Source of the DNA: Octopus sinensis
Taxonomy: Eukaryota
Assembly: GCF_006345805.1 (NCBI RefSeq)
Contig: NC_043008.1
Coordinates: 24,800,001 to 24,864,000, forward strand
Length of the DNA stretch: 64,000 nt
Direction: 5' to 3'
Numbering within the stretch: the stretch's first letter is position 1; the number at the start of each line of letters is the position of its first letter. Made by a program: the position numbers and the translations under genes. The notes under the pieces were generated by a model. That model was not told the DNA's origin. It saw nothing but the letters and a program-made list of their open reading frames with translations, and searched no databases. Positions 26,991-41,109 of this stretch are shown here, one piece after another.

Positions 26991-29225
26991 ATATTCTTAC
27001 GGTCAACATTTAGTTACTCGCGAACACTATGTTTTACCACTAATTCAGTTCTTAGCCAAACTGGATGCGGTTTCTTAGCAATGATGAAACAGGGTCCAGC
27101 TACTTTTGCAGATAAAATATTTGAAAATTATTTCATTTAAAAAAATGCTAGCTCCAAATATGTGAGGTCAAGAATGGAAGAGTAAGGCGAAACATTGACT
27201 CTGAATTAAAATATTTCAGTTATTTGAAAAGAAAAGTATCACCGAGAAGAAAACTTTGGTGAAAACTTCGTTAGAAGATATTAGCTAGCTAATACTTTAA
27301 CGAAATTTTTAACAAAAGACCCTCTTCAATGAGTATATTCTTTTCAACGCAATCTATACATTTCTAAAGTTGTGCGGCTTTAAATGAAGAAAAATAGTAA
27401 GCCCCGAAAGAGACTTTGAATCAAAATATCTCAGCTAATGTAAAAGAAAACTATTCAAAAGTTGTGTCCAAATAAAAGAGCTCCGTGAGATGAATTTTAT
27501 GGTGAAATCTCGTCAAAAATATTTACTACAAAATAGGGGTGTGGCTTTAAGTGACGAAAAGATAATCTTTTGTTATTTTAAGATGTTGGTAAAAGATATA
27601 CGAGAAGAATATTATGGTGAAAGCCATGTCAAAACATGTCTAGCATTCTGCACACATTTTTCCTTCTAAGAAAAAGCTAGAGCCATTCCTACATGTTGCA
27701 CCCAATTTTTTCATGAGATGTTAAGACAGAATGTTCCTATATTCACCGCCCGGAAACATCTCTGCCTGTAAGCATTCAGTGAAGCTCTATATAGCGCCGA
27801 TAGCTAACCGATTACTATTTCTATCAATGATCGTACTTTTTGTACATCTGCTTTTTATATTTATAATTCTACGCTTTATAGTGTTTTATTCTGGCTGAAT
27901 AGCAATATTATTTTAAATATTTATATTTCTTACATATATATGTGCGTGTATGTATGCATGTGTGTATATGTGTGTATGTATGTATGTATACTGTTAGTGA
28001 GACAGGGTGATTTACATGCAACATTGTTTCCAGTCAGAAGATCAATATATTCCTTAAATATAATATCGTTATTTCATTCGTAATTCGTACAATGATTCTA
28101 GATGCACGAAACACAAAGGAAGAACCTTAATATTGTAAAGTAAAGTATTGAATCTGATCATCACACAGCATTCCACTGAGTATACAAAAAGTATAAAGAT
28201 GCTAAACAGAAGAAAAATATTAGCTTTGTATTTCTCTCTTGAAAATGGAAGGGAATGGTTTCCTAAGCTATATCAATTCTCATTTGCATATTGCCAATCT
28301 TAATCTCAAGAGTTGATATATTCATCAATGCTATAAATGTAATAGTTATCAAATGTTCGTATGATGTAGTTAAATACTTATTTTCTGGATAACAGAACAT
28401 TTGAATGGTTCCATGTAATCAGTAACATTGTAATATCATCCACATTAAGGTCCTAAGACAAAAAACAAAGAGATACATATGTGCACATTATTGAATGACG
28501 TTTGTCTCCTCTGAATTCATCTACTCTTTGATACATTGAGCCACACATAAGAAGAATGTAAAGGAGACAAAAGCATAGATAAAACACAGATACACTGATA
28601 TATATATATATATATATATACAGATAGAGAGAGAGAGATGGGGAGATGGAGAGGAGAAAAGATGTTTCTTTCCCCAATGCTAATCTAGACATAAGACAAG
28701 AATCAATGTTCTGTGAGTTAGAGGAAGTTAGAGGAAGTACACTGATTTTCGAAGTTCCCCCGGGAAATAATTTATTGTCAATTACAAGGCATCTGGTGAT
28801 CACAAAAAACATTTAATATTTCATGTTAAAATTCGACTTGATTTATTGCATCTAACTAGCAGGCATCTAGCTATGTATATTACGGACGTGAAACTTATTA
28901 TTATCCGTCAAGTAAAAGTTATTCGTTTATGATTGCTAATTGGATGCGACAAGACAAAAGCAAATTATTATTAATGGGAAAAAATTGTTATGTAGATTTC
29001 CTGTGGGTGAATTAAAAAAAACTGCTCCGTGTATATATAAGTAAGCGAGAAACGATCTGGAAGAATGAAAATTCGAATGAAAAGTGAAGATAGAGAGAAA
29101 AACAGATGTTATCTAGGTCTGGAGAAAAAGTTTTTCAAGGAGGGATTTTTGATTTGATATTGCAGTACACATAAATATACAGATATAAAATAGTAACCAA
29201 CACGCTTATATTGACACAAATACAT

Positions 29226-29300
<75 letters not shown>

Positions 29301-29699
29301 TGTAATATTTTACGTTTATATATATCATATATACATTCTATGTAATTCATATTATACGAGTATATAATCTGCATATGTATAGAACATATGTTGTATACAT
29401 CACATTTATCATAAGACAGGTCGTTTAAGTGAGGCACTTGCATCATGTAACACAACAAACTTGATTTTTAGGAGGGGTATTTTGGATACTCTGCAGGACG
29501 GAAATCGAGATGTATTAAAACTTAAATGAATTCAGATGAGACAAACGTCATTCAATAATGTGCACATATGTTTCTCTTTGTTTAGCGGCATATTATCATT
29601 TTATTCACAGCATCTCCATTGGAATACTGAGTGCGTAAGGTATTTGAGGACATACGTTTTTGGGTCGTGGCTGCATTTTTGCTAACGCTGTATAATCTT

Positions 29700-30770
29700 T
29701 ATTTCAGAAAATAATAATTGCAGGTCCTCAGCTTACTCAAGAAATGAAAGGCCATGCTGTCATTGTAGTTGTAAAGGCTGGGCTAGGTTGGGTATAGCGA
29801 TTTAGAAATATCTCGATTTTTAAGAGTTGCCAGATCTTTCGTCTACAAAGTTTGTAAGGAGCTAGAGACTGAAAATTAAAAGCATGAACCAATATCAAAG
29901 CAGGAACAGTAATCTAAAGGCTCCGAAATCATCAGAACACTTGAATGTATCCAGCAAGTTCAACAGACCATTGACTACAAACCCTGAGATTCCATGAGGT
30001 CAATTTCAAAATATCTCCATATGTCAGAAGGAACAGTCAGAAATGTTGCCACGAAGACATCAGATATAAGTCTTATATCATGTGGAAAGGTCAATGTATC
30101 AGAGAAAGGAAACGAAAATCATTACATCAGATCTAAAAGCCACTTAAACAAACTGAAAAATCCAGCAGGAGATGTGATTTGGTTTTTCTTAAACGAGGAA
30201 AACTACGTCCAAGATCAAAAAGAAGAAATGACAGATGGTTATGTGCAGGCCCCTCTGAAGTTCCAAGTGTTGCGTATAGAGAATTTCCTGTAACTGTCAT
30301 AGTTTTAGGGGCTGTCAGCAATGAAGGGCATATGATGCCTCCTTACTTATTTCCGCAAGGCTTGAGAGTTAAGTCTGCCGCCAAAATTGAAGTCCTGGTA
30401 ATAATTTTTAAGCCCTGGATATTCCGTGTATTCAATGGAAGGCCATATGTGTTTCGCTAAGTCTGTGAGGTATCACTCACGGCTCTAGTAACACAGGAAT
30501 GGACGGCTAAAAACTTTCATGATCAAATAACCCCAACATTTGGCCTCCTACTTACCAAAACCTCAATCCATTGGACTATTACATGTGAAGCATTGTTGGG
30601 AGAGAGGCAAATGCACACCCCCATAACACCAGAAAATCTTTGAAAATTGCCATAGTCAGAGTAATGTTCAAAATGAACCAGGACCACTTGATTCAAGCAT
30701 GTAGAGGATTTAGATCTCATATACAAGCAGTTGTTGAAGCTGAAGGTGGCTTTATTGAATAACATTATAG
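29700..30770 (+). mobile_element. Decayed Tc1/mariner transposon, DD37D (maT-like) type
   Basis: FPVTVIVLGAVSNEGHMMPPYLFPQGLRV..., IFKPWI...GRPYVF, NPLDYY and a C-terminal VVEAEGGFIE*; several frameshifts. Confidence 0.8.
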
Positions 30771-30944
30771 AAAAAGAGGTTTATTTTATCCCCATCTCAT
30801 TGTTTGATAAAGTTAGCTGTTATTACATACTTTTATTTTTATAAACATATAACTGTCCTCAAAAATATTACGCACCTCTTTCTCTCTCTACCTCTCTCTC
30901 TCTGTATATATATATATATATTTCTTTACTACCAACAAGGGGCT

Positions 30945-31140
30945 AAACACAGAGGGGACAAACAAGGACAGACAAACGGATTAAGTAGATTACATCGACC
31001 CCAGTGCGTAACTGGTACTTAATTTATCGATCCCGAAAGGCAAAGTCGACCTCGGCATAATTTGAACTCAAAACGTAACGGCAGACGAAATACGGATACG
31101 CATTTCGCCCGGCGTGCTAACGTTTCTGCCAGCTCGCCGC
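30945..31140 (-). mobile_element. tRNA-derived SINE (family 1)
   Basis: Reverse complement runs GGCGGCGAGCTGGCAGAAACGTTAGC...CCCCTTGTTGGTAGTAAAG. Confidence 0.85.
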
Positions 31141-31156
31141 CTTTCTCTCTCTCTCT

Positions 31157-31197
31157 CTATCAGACGCGTTTCGGGGTATTGCCCCTTGTCAATGTAG
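31157..31197 (-). ncRNA. Decayed minimal hammerhead ribozyme
   Basis: Minus strand: CTACA TTGACAA GGGG-CAATA-CCCC GAAA CGCG TC TGATAG; the core differs from CTGACGA by two transitions. Confidence 0.65.
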
Positions 31198-31287
31198 CGC
31201 AGTCAGACCCGCAGGTGTCTCCACTGACGTCTCTGTTCGAAGGTTTCTATTTACCTAGTTTCAGTGGAATACATCCACTTGTTTTCA

Positions 31288-31607
31288 ATAATAGAAATAT
31301 TAAAATTACTAAGTCTCTATAAAAGAGACTACGGCAGCGTTTACTGGAAATTAATTGTTATCGCCATATTAATATGGCATTCTTATAGATATAAGAATAA
31401 TCGCTGCCGCTGGTCAGCTCCATGAGGCCACCGCCATCAAGATAGCTATTGATACAGAATCTGTATCCATTATAACCTTCGAACAAGGGAGGTCAGCCGC
31501 TTCACACTGCCAGTCGGCTAAGCGAGCAGGCCAATATATATAACAATTAATTTCCAGTAAACGCTGCCGTAATCTCTTTTATAGAGACTTAGTAATTTTA
31601 ATATTTC

Positions 31608-31613
<6 letters not shown>
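31288..31613. repeat. 74-bp inverted repeat pair (1 mismatch) around a 178-bp hairpin-rich spacer
   Basis: 31288-31361 versus 31540-31613 compared base by base. Confidence 0.9.
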
Positions 31614-31653
<40 letters not shown>

Positions 31654-31676
31654 ATATATATATATATATGTGTATA

Positions 31677-32790
<1,114 letters not shown>

Positions 32791-32966
32791 AAAGATATAT
32801 ATATATATATCACCATGGTCACCGTGACCGACCAGGCTATCACATGTTACTACACATCGCTGGTCGCAATGCGCTTCGCATTGTTTTAGCCTTCAAATGA
32901 CGCCACCCCGCTGGCTAAGCGAGCAGGCCAATATATATATATATATATATATATACATAGATACAA

Positions 32967-33013
<47 letters not shown>

Positions 33014-33014
<1 letters not shown>

Positions 33015-33890
33015 TAGCTGACGTACCCGGTAATTAACGGGAAAGCGGGGCTTATCCCTTGGTTCCGTTCTTATAACAATTTCGCTAATCTAATAACAGC
33101 AATACATAGTATGTTTTCGTGCATTTACAGAGAAAACCGAACTGTCTTACACAGGATATTTGTTTCTAGGAATTCCCAATAAGTTATGAATACCCAAACT
33201 GTGTTTCAGTTATGTAATAACATGAAATTAGTTACCCGTAGTAAGAATTCAAATAACGTAGCCCCGATATGTTTTTAATGCGTTCCCAGAGCATATAGAA
33301 CATAGGAGGAAATACTAATAAGGTATATATACTAAAATCGTGAAGCATGTTATGTAATAACAGGGGAATCAGATATGAGATAATAACAATTCAAAGTAAA
33401 TAACTTTGAAAATAGCAGTTGCGCGTTCCCAGAGAATATTGCCCTCAGGGGCGCTAGTGTTGGTATATTCGTGAATAAGTCAATAACCGAAATAAGTGGA
33501 TGTATTGTTTAGGAAAATACTATTTACTTGTTTAAGGGCTGTACGGGATAAATTTGCGAAAATAATTCTAAGAGTTTAATACTAAGAAATATGCATACTC
33601 ATTTTCGTTTTTACCAAATAATTTATGAAAATGAATGGGTTATTTCACTTGGATATATATAAAGAAATTTTCCAGGGGCCAATGGGTTATTTCCCTTAAT
33701 TTTTAAAATAAAATATATTGAATATATATGTGGATCTTATCAATTTTTTCAACAATCTGAGTATACTATGAGGTTTGCACACATGAGTTCTCCTCAAGTT
33801 CCATCAAAATCGATACAACGATGTAGAAGATAGCTAACAACTCTACAAACACACCGACAGGCAGAATTTCCCGCATATGTAGGTGATATA
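33014..33890 (-). mobile_element. Non-autonomous Helitron-type element
   Basis: Minus strand ends CCCG-TTAATTAC-CGGG hairpin (33026-33041), then CTAA followed by T inside (TA)n; the opposite end near 33800-33890 resembles non-autonomous Helitron termini. Confidence 0.55.
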
Positions 33891-33961
33891 CATACATATA
33901 CATCTATATATATATTCATACGTATACATGTAAATATATGCATACACATTTACATATATTT

Positions 33962-33992
<31 letters not shown>

Positions 33993-34319
33993 CACACACG
34001 CACACACACACACACTCATATATATATATATACCTATATATACATATATAAATATACATATATATATACATATATGTATACATATATATATATATATGTA
34101 TACATATATGTATACATATATATATATACATTTATATAAATATATATATATATACACATATATATGTACATATATACATATACATACTAGTATATATATA
34201 CATATATATATGTATATATATATATATATACGCAAATATGTATGAATATACATACATATACACATATGTACATATGTATACATATATATATATATACATA
34301 AGCATCTACACTTTTCAAT

Positions 34320-34732
34320 AGGCGCATGAGTGGCTGTGTGGTAAGTAGCTTACTTACCAACCACATAGTTCCAGGTTCAGTCCCACTGCATGGCACCTTG
34401 GGCAAGTGTCTTCTACTATGGTCTCAGGCCGACCAAATCCTTGTGACGGAAACTGAAAGAAGCCCGTCTTATATATGTATATATATGTGTGTGTGTATAT
34501 ATATGTTTGTGTGTGTGTGTATATATGTTTGTGTGTCTGTGTTTGCGCCCCCAACATTGCTTTGCAACCGGTGATGTTGTGTTTACGTCCCCGTAACTTA
34601 GCGGTTCGGCAAAGGAGACCGATAGAATAAGCACTAGGCTTACAAGGAAAAAGTCGTGGCGTGGATTTGCTCGACAAAAGGCGGTGGTCCAGCAAGGCCG
34701 CATTCAAATGACTGAAACAAGTAAAGAGAGAG
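34320..34732 (+). mobile_element. Full-length tRNA-derived SINE (family 2) with an internal microsatellite
   Basis: A-box TGGCTGTGTGG (34331-41), B-box GGTTCAGTCCC (34374-84), central (TA/TG)n, 3' end ...TGACTGAAACAAGTAAAGAGAG. Confidence 0.88.
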
Positions 34733-35369
34733 ATATCAGCAAGTATGCAGATAATCAGTTTCAATATTACAGTTTCGGTTCGAGATAGAAAACATGTATA
34801 AATTTATGCATGCAAAAAAAGAGGAAGCTATGATGACGGAGGGTCGATTTATCCAATGTTTATTTACTTTCATTAAGGCCTGCATATTGTGGTAAACTAC
34901 ATCCACCAACATTATTATGGATAGGCATGCCCCCACAAAACAGCTGTTGGACTTATAACATCTTACTTCCTCTCCTCTGGTTTTTCTCTCTCGTTTGCAC
35001 TAAAAGGAAGAGACACAGAATTTTCAGTTTATAAACTAAAAATAAGAGCCACAAAATCTCACAAGGGAAAGATCGTTTTAGTTTGCTGTGCCCGCTTTCC
35101 GTAAATGTTATGAGGTTAGTGTTTTTTGTGGCTTTCAGAGTTAATTTTTTACTCGTATTTTTAGCAATCACTGGTGCTATTTTGCACCCTTTATTATTTC
35201 CTTTTTTGTTTTTAATTGCTAGCGAGACACTCAGACTATAATATGTTTAATGTATCATTATAGTATCTTCTATTGATAATATACATTCTAACCGTTTGAA
35301 TTTGGCGCTGCTTATCAACGGTTTCATATTCTCATTTACTATTACGAAGCAAACTATTTCTTTAGCTCT

Positions 35370-35930
35370 GAGTAGTTGGTAGATGCGTCAGAAGAGAAAC
35401 AAGATCCTATTGGTTAAATTTCGAAATCACGTGATAAAGCCATGTCCAGCTACTTCTTTTTGTGACTCTATCCGACATGTGTTCCGGGAAGGTAAAAGCT
35501 ATGCTGCAGTAGGTTGCTGTTATGTTTTCAACGAAAGCATCAAGCGCTACATAAAGAAGAAAGAGGTGGCGATCAGTCCTACCGTAGCTGTAAGCTTCTG
35601 TGAACGTACCAAATAGATAACGATAATGAAAAATAAGCACTTGGTGAGGATGGAATCTGCCTTGGCATTGTGGATCAGTGACTGCAAGAAGAAAAATATT
35701 CCCTATAGCGGTAACAACATCTGCAAGAAAGCGCGGAAATTATACAAGTAGTTCGTCAGAGGGGACGGAGCAGAAGGCACCGAAGAACTGCAACCATGAC
35801 CATTGATAGCATCGGAACCCGAAGATTTCAAGCCAGTAAGGGATGGTTTTGCCGTTTCCAGAAACGGTTTAAAATAAAGTGTTTCCCTGCATTGAAAGAC
35901 AGCATCAGCCACCAAAGAAACCGTCGATAA
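35370..35930 (+). mobile_element. Tigger/pogo-family transposase N-terminal remnant (CENP-B-type HTH)
   Basis: NKHLVRMESALALWISDCKKKNIP...ICKKARKLY and F.ASKGWF motifs across frameshifts. Confidence 0.7.
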
Positions 35931-36268
35931 TAACTGCAGAAATCATCTTCTGAGGGCAAACGGGCTAAGACAATCTCCTAGCATACATTAAGTATATGGA
36001 CTCACCTGGACCGTTTTCTGGACTGGAATTATAGCCGCACCTTCCTCAGCACGCATTACAACGATAGAAAGCCCCGACCCGCCACGTTGAAGTTTTGACT
36101 GTTATTTCCAGCAAGTAGACATACTTAGTATGTCCTATGATTAATTTACACACACACACACAGCCATATACACTCATACACAGAAAAACACACACACACA
36201 TACAGACACATGCACACAGACACACAGACACACACACACAAACACACACACATATATATATACATATA

Positions 36269-36304
<36 letters not shown>

Positions 36305-36782
36305 TGTATGTATGTATGTATGTATGTATGTATGCATGTTTCAATGTATGCTTTTAGTTGCATACACATGCGTGTATGTGTTTTTGAAAATTAACTAATA
36401 TAAATAATTGATGGCGGTGAAGTGGAATGATTTTTATTGCGTGATCATATTTATGTGTGTGTATAAAAAACTGATGAAAGATTAACGATAAGCTTGTTTT
36501 CATTTAAACCCAATTTAACGAGAGAATGGCAACCACAGAAGACAGAGAACTATTACGATAGTTCACTACATATTAAGAGCATCCTAACCCCCAAAACATA
36601 ATACACCTTATGTTAAAATGAATATGTTCTCTAATAGGCAGCAGATTTTGTTTCCGGAATTTTAGCGCACCAGAACTCAGACATTTGAAATTAACGCCAA
36701 TGTAATCGGTGAAACTAAGCACGTGTCTGTTTTAATACGGAAAACTGATGGTTAGTTTTACAAATTATATTACCTGTGGAAC

Positions 36783-36860
36783 GATCGTACTGACGAGCCC
36801 TACGGACGAGGGATTACGTAAGTGATTCATTAGTTAATAGGCGAAACCGCCGGTCTGGGA
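36783..36860 (+). ncRNA. Type I hammerhead ribozyme-like fold with an intact core
   Basis: CTGACGA (36790-96); stem II GCC[C]TA/TAGGC with a long loop; GAAA (36843-46); CCG-C-CGG; GTC cleavage triplet (36853-55); weak stem I. Confidence 0.65.
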
Positions 36861-37065
36861 GTAATTCTTGTTTTTTTTATATAATTTTCATCTGTCTTGC
36901 CCACATATTGTTCTGGTGTCCGCTGAATTTTTCTCTAGAGAACTTTCTTTTCTTTGTAGTTTGATCTACTTCTAGCATACGGCTGACCACTTAGTGTATT
37001 TTTAGCCCTTTAAATACACACACACATACACACGCACACGCACACACACACACACGCACACACAC

Positions 37066-37135
<70 letters not shown>

Positions 37136-37805
37136 GGATTATTTTTCTGTTTGAGAACGATCGGGTTCATCTTTAGTATTCTCGTTTGTGAGGGCAGTCG
37201 ACGATTTTCTTTCAGATATTCTCATTTTAAAAATCCTCTCCGGCTCATCGTTGAGAGGACGTTGATGTTGCGTTGGCGGAGGTTTCCGTTCCCTGAGAGC
37301 CCTTGTTATATGTTGATTTGTAAAATGCAATAATAAAACAATTTCAGAACAAATATTTCTTCATCAGATATTACGCCATAGGTGATGACTAGCATAACGA
37401 TTAAAAATTCCGCGTTTTATAAATTTATTTATATATATGTACATTATATATTAATACATACATTTGTACATTGCATATTTATGTATATTTTCATGCATAG
37501 ATTTAAGATTTTTATAATATAACATTACATCAGTATGATTACAATTTTGATCATGTCGTCCACGTACTAGTCTATTTAAAGTTCTTTAAAGTTTAACAAT
37601 TGTATAAGTTACATTATATTCGAGGTTGTCTTCGATTTCACACCTTAGTGAAGATTGTTTAAACCGTGTCACATAAAAAGCTATAGGCTGTGGGAATGTG
37701 AATAATACTATGGATCATACACTAATTTCTCATAATTAAAGTAACCTTATATGTTTTAACATTATTTAATATTGATCAGTCTAGTGCCATATTGATAGGT
37801 TAATA

Positions 37806-38005
37806 TTGGTTTCAAATTTTGGCACAAGGCTAGCTATTTTGGGTGAAGGGATAAATCATTTACATCGCCCTACTGCTCAAATGATACTTATTTTATCAAC
37901 CCTGAAAAGATGAAGACAAAATCGACCTTGGCGGAATTTGTACTCAGAACGTAAAGATAGGCGAAATGCCACTAAGCATTTTGCCCAGTCTACTAACGAT
38001 TCACC
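37806..38005 (-). mobile_element. Diverged SINE (family 1-related)
   Basis: Reverse-complement core TACTTATTTTATCAACCC...TCGACCTTGGCGGAATTTG.ACTCAGAACG. Confidence 0.7.
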
Positions 38006-38454
38006 CATAATAATAATGACATATCGCTAGATAAATATTATTTCCTTAATAATTGCTGAAGACTAATTTGTGTAATTAAAACTTCAAACACGAATTAATT
38101 AAACAAATGTCTTACAATACGTCTATCTCATCTCATATATTGAATGAAATGCATAATTCCAATGCAAGCTCAAATCTGAATTTTACTCCATCATACATAA
38201 TAAAGTTAAGCAAAGAGAAAGTCAAATGTTTACCTGTAAACCAAATATTAATCCATATGCAAAAGTGCATTGCATTGTCAATCCATATAACAGTTAGCTA
38301 TTCAACAAATTTCACGCGAAATTTTACTCTACGTATACATGAATATAATAACAGAATCCATTCGATACTCTGCGGAAAATATAACGTAAATATCAACTAT
38401 TTTAGACATACACGAATAATAATTTAAGCAAGGGAAATGCTAATTACCAAAGAA

Positions 38455-39050
38455 AGGTGGCGAGCTGGCAGAAACGTTAGCACGCCGGGCGAAATGCTAG
38501 GCGGTATTTCGTCTGCGTTACGTTGTGAGTTCAAATTCCGTCGAGGTCGACTTTGCCTTTCATCCTTTCGGGGTCGATAAATTAAGTACTAGTTACGCAC
38601 TGAAGTCGATGTAATCGACTTAATACCTATGTCTTTCCTTGTTTGTCCCCTCTGTGTTTAGTCCCTCGTGGGTAATAAAGAAATAGGTATTTCGCCCGCC
38701 GCTACGTTCTGAGTTCAAATTCCGCCGAGGTCGTCTTTGCCTTTCATCCTTTCGAGGTCGATTAAATAAGTATCAGTTACGCACTGGGGTCGATATAATC
38801 GACTTAATCCGTTTGTCTTTCCATGTTTAGCCCCTTGTGGGTAGTAAAGAAATAGGTATTTCATCTGCCGTTACGTTCTGAGTTCAAATTCCGCCGAGGT
38901 CCTTTCATCCTTTCGAGGTCCTTTCATCCTTTCGAGGTCGATAAATTAAGTACCAGTTACTCCCTGGGGGTCGATGTAATCGGCTTAATCCTTTTGTCTA
39001 TCCTTGTTTTTCCCCTCTATGTTTAGCTCCTTGTGGACAATAAAGAAATA
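38455..39050 (+). mobile_element. Head-to-tail SINE family 1 trimer (one full copy plus two copies lacking the A-box)
   Basis: The body restarts at GGTATTTC(G/A) at ~38686 and ~38855 directly after each AAAGAAATAG end; the third unit has a GGTCCTTTCATCCTTTCGA micro-duplication. Confidence 0.85.
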
Positions 39051-41109
39051 AGAAATGTTATGCAATAATATCAATCTTGCTATTTTACAAACATTAATCT
39101 AGCCAATATCCCATCCTAGAACATTAGTTGCTTATTGCATCAATTTGATTGAAATATATTTGTGGCTATTTTCAACGATAAGCACTGCTATGTGAGATAT
39201 CGATCAGAGAATATACAGCATATAAGTTTAAGCCTTTGCATGTACAACGATAACACCAATGATAATCCATCAGAATGAAAAACAAACCTGAAAAATTTGT
39301 TTTTAGTAAATTTTAATAAAGTTAATAGCGACAAACATTTTATCACTGGAGGTGGTCATTTCTAATAATGCGAGAAACAACACGAGTCAAGATTCTATAG
39401 CAGTGAACTAGTGATTGGTTTAGGTTAACAATAAGTGTGACACCTCCACTCTTGTAAAATTTGTAGATCACACTGAGTTAAAGAAAATACTTTCTAATAC
39501 ATTAGAAATGACATTGAACGTAGTCAGAACTCGTAGTTGGGGATTAAGTTTCGTACTCTTTTACGAACCAAAAACTACGTGACTGTTTCCAAGTCAACTA
39601 TTTTACGCAACATCTCCTTTTCGACCATACTACTGTATAACATAATAGACCACACATCTGGCATCGTAGAACGCATTAATCCATGAAACATTTAACGGAT
39701 ACACTAATCTCACGGCTCTTCTAATATTTCCTTTCAATAATCGAGACAAAAATACGACTGTATAATCATGTACATGCCAATACAGAGAATTCAAATATAT
39801 TGTAAAGGTTATTAAGGCAGTTGGATGCTGGTCAGAAAATCACTTATGCACATAAGCAGTATTTTTCGATTATGTTTCTCGCGAAACTGTTCCAAAAGTC
39901 TGGAATAATTGAATTAAGATGCAAAGAGAAATGCCAAGAAAACTGTTTGTCTTATATATTATCTCCGGTCAACATTTTATTTTCTTAATACGCCGAACAT
40001 GCCAAGGAAATATCAAATAAAAGAAACAAATTCTAAAACTATTTTTACATTTTACTGCTATTTCTCTGTTCCTCTTCTTTTTCATGTCCACCTAACTTTT
40101 CTTTTATTTCGTTTGCTATTTCATGCAAAAACATTAAGGTTCAGGCTAAATTCTTTTCAGTATTTAATTATATCATTTTTGTAGTTTAGTTCGAATATAG
40201 ATAAGATACATATTACTTCTTATCTATAAGCGATCAATATAAATATGTACAGTGGACTTTGGACCCAAGAATGGCTTGAGTTTAGTAAGTTCACTTCTCA
40301 AACATTTAGTTCTCATTTGTTTGATAACTACGGGTTAGCTAATGTACTGTTAGTATGATTTGGTAGAATATGCACAAAGCCACCGTGCGTACACACAGTC
40401 ACACATTTATATATAAATTCCCGTACACACTTGATATTGTAACCCAACGTATTTCCGTTGCATCAGGCATCATTTTGCACGTGTAGCCTTCTCTGTAAAC
40501 TAAATGTGACTGGCAGCAAATTCCATGCAATATATTTTCCATATTCTGAGAACGTTAACATCGATAAAATTCACACTAAATTTCAAGAAAACAAATATAT
40601 ATTCCAAGACAACCTGCTGTGAGCCGCAAAACGGAACCCTAGACACGCATCGAGCTACCTTATATGCTAACAAACGATGCCATACTGTTACTTTTTACGT
40701 TTCGGCAATCTTTCTTTGTTTTATAAACAAACCCGAAAGGCTTTGCAAGTTGCGGAGAGTAAGCTACTATGGAAAACTCAGCATAATAACTGTATAATAG
40801 GTATCATAATGATATCTATTCTCTGATTTGAAGCGACACTTTTTAAAATATGAACAGATTACTGAAATATGATGATCTAACCTCAGATTGAATCGAATTC
40901 ACAAATCGACGCTTACATGGCTCCTTGTGAATCTGATTGGCCTAATGCTCGCTCATTAATTTCAGTCAAATTTAGTTGATATATACTTAAACTGACGTAA
41001 TACTAAATAGATTATATTTTTATAAACTAACCTGAAAGGTTTTGCAAGTTACGGAGAGAAAGCTAATATGGAAGTATAATAACTGTATAATATATATCAT
41101 AATGATACA

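Noticed and set aside
28080-28460. Minus-strand DWQY...IFLLFSIFILFVY and an acceptor-like TTTTGTCTTAG
   Set aside because: Multiple stops, wrong motif spacing for an nAChR TM4, and the would-be donor reads ATAAGT rather than GTAAGT.
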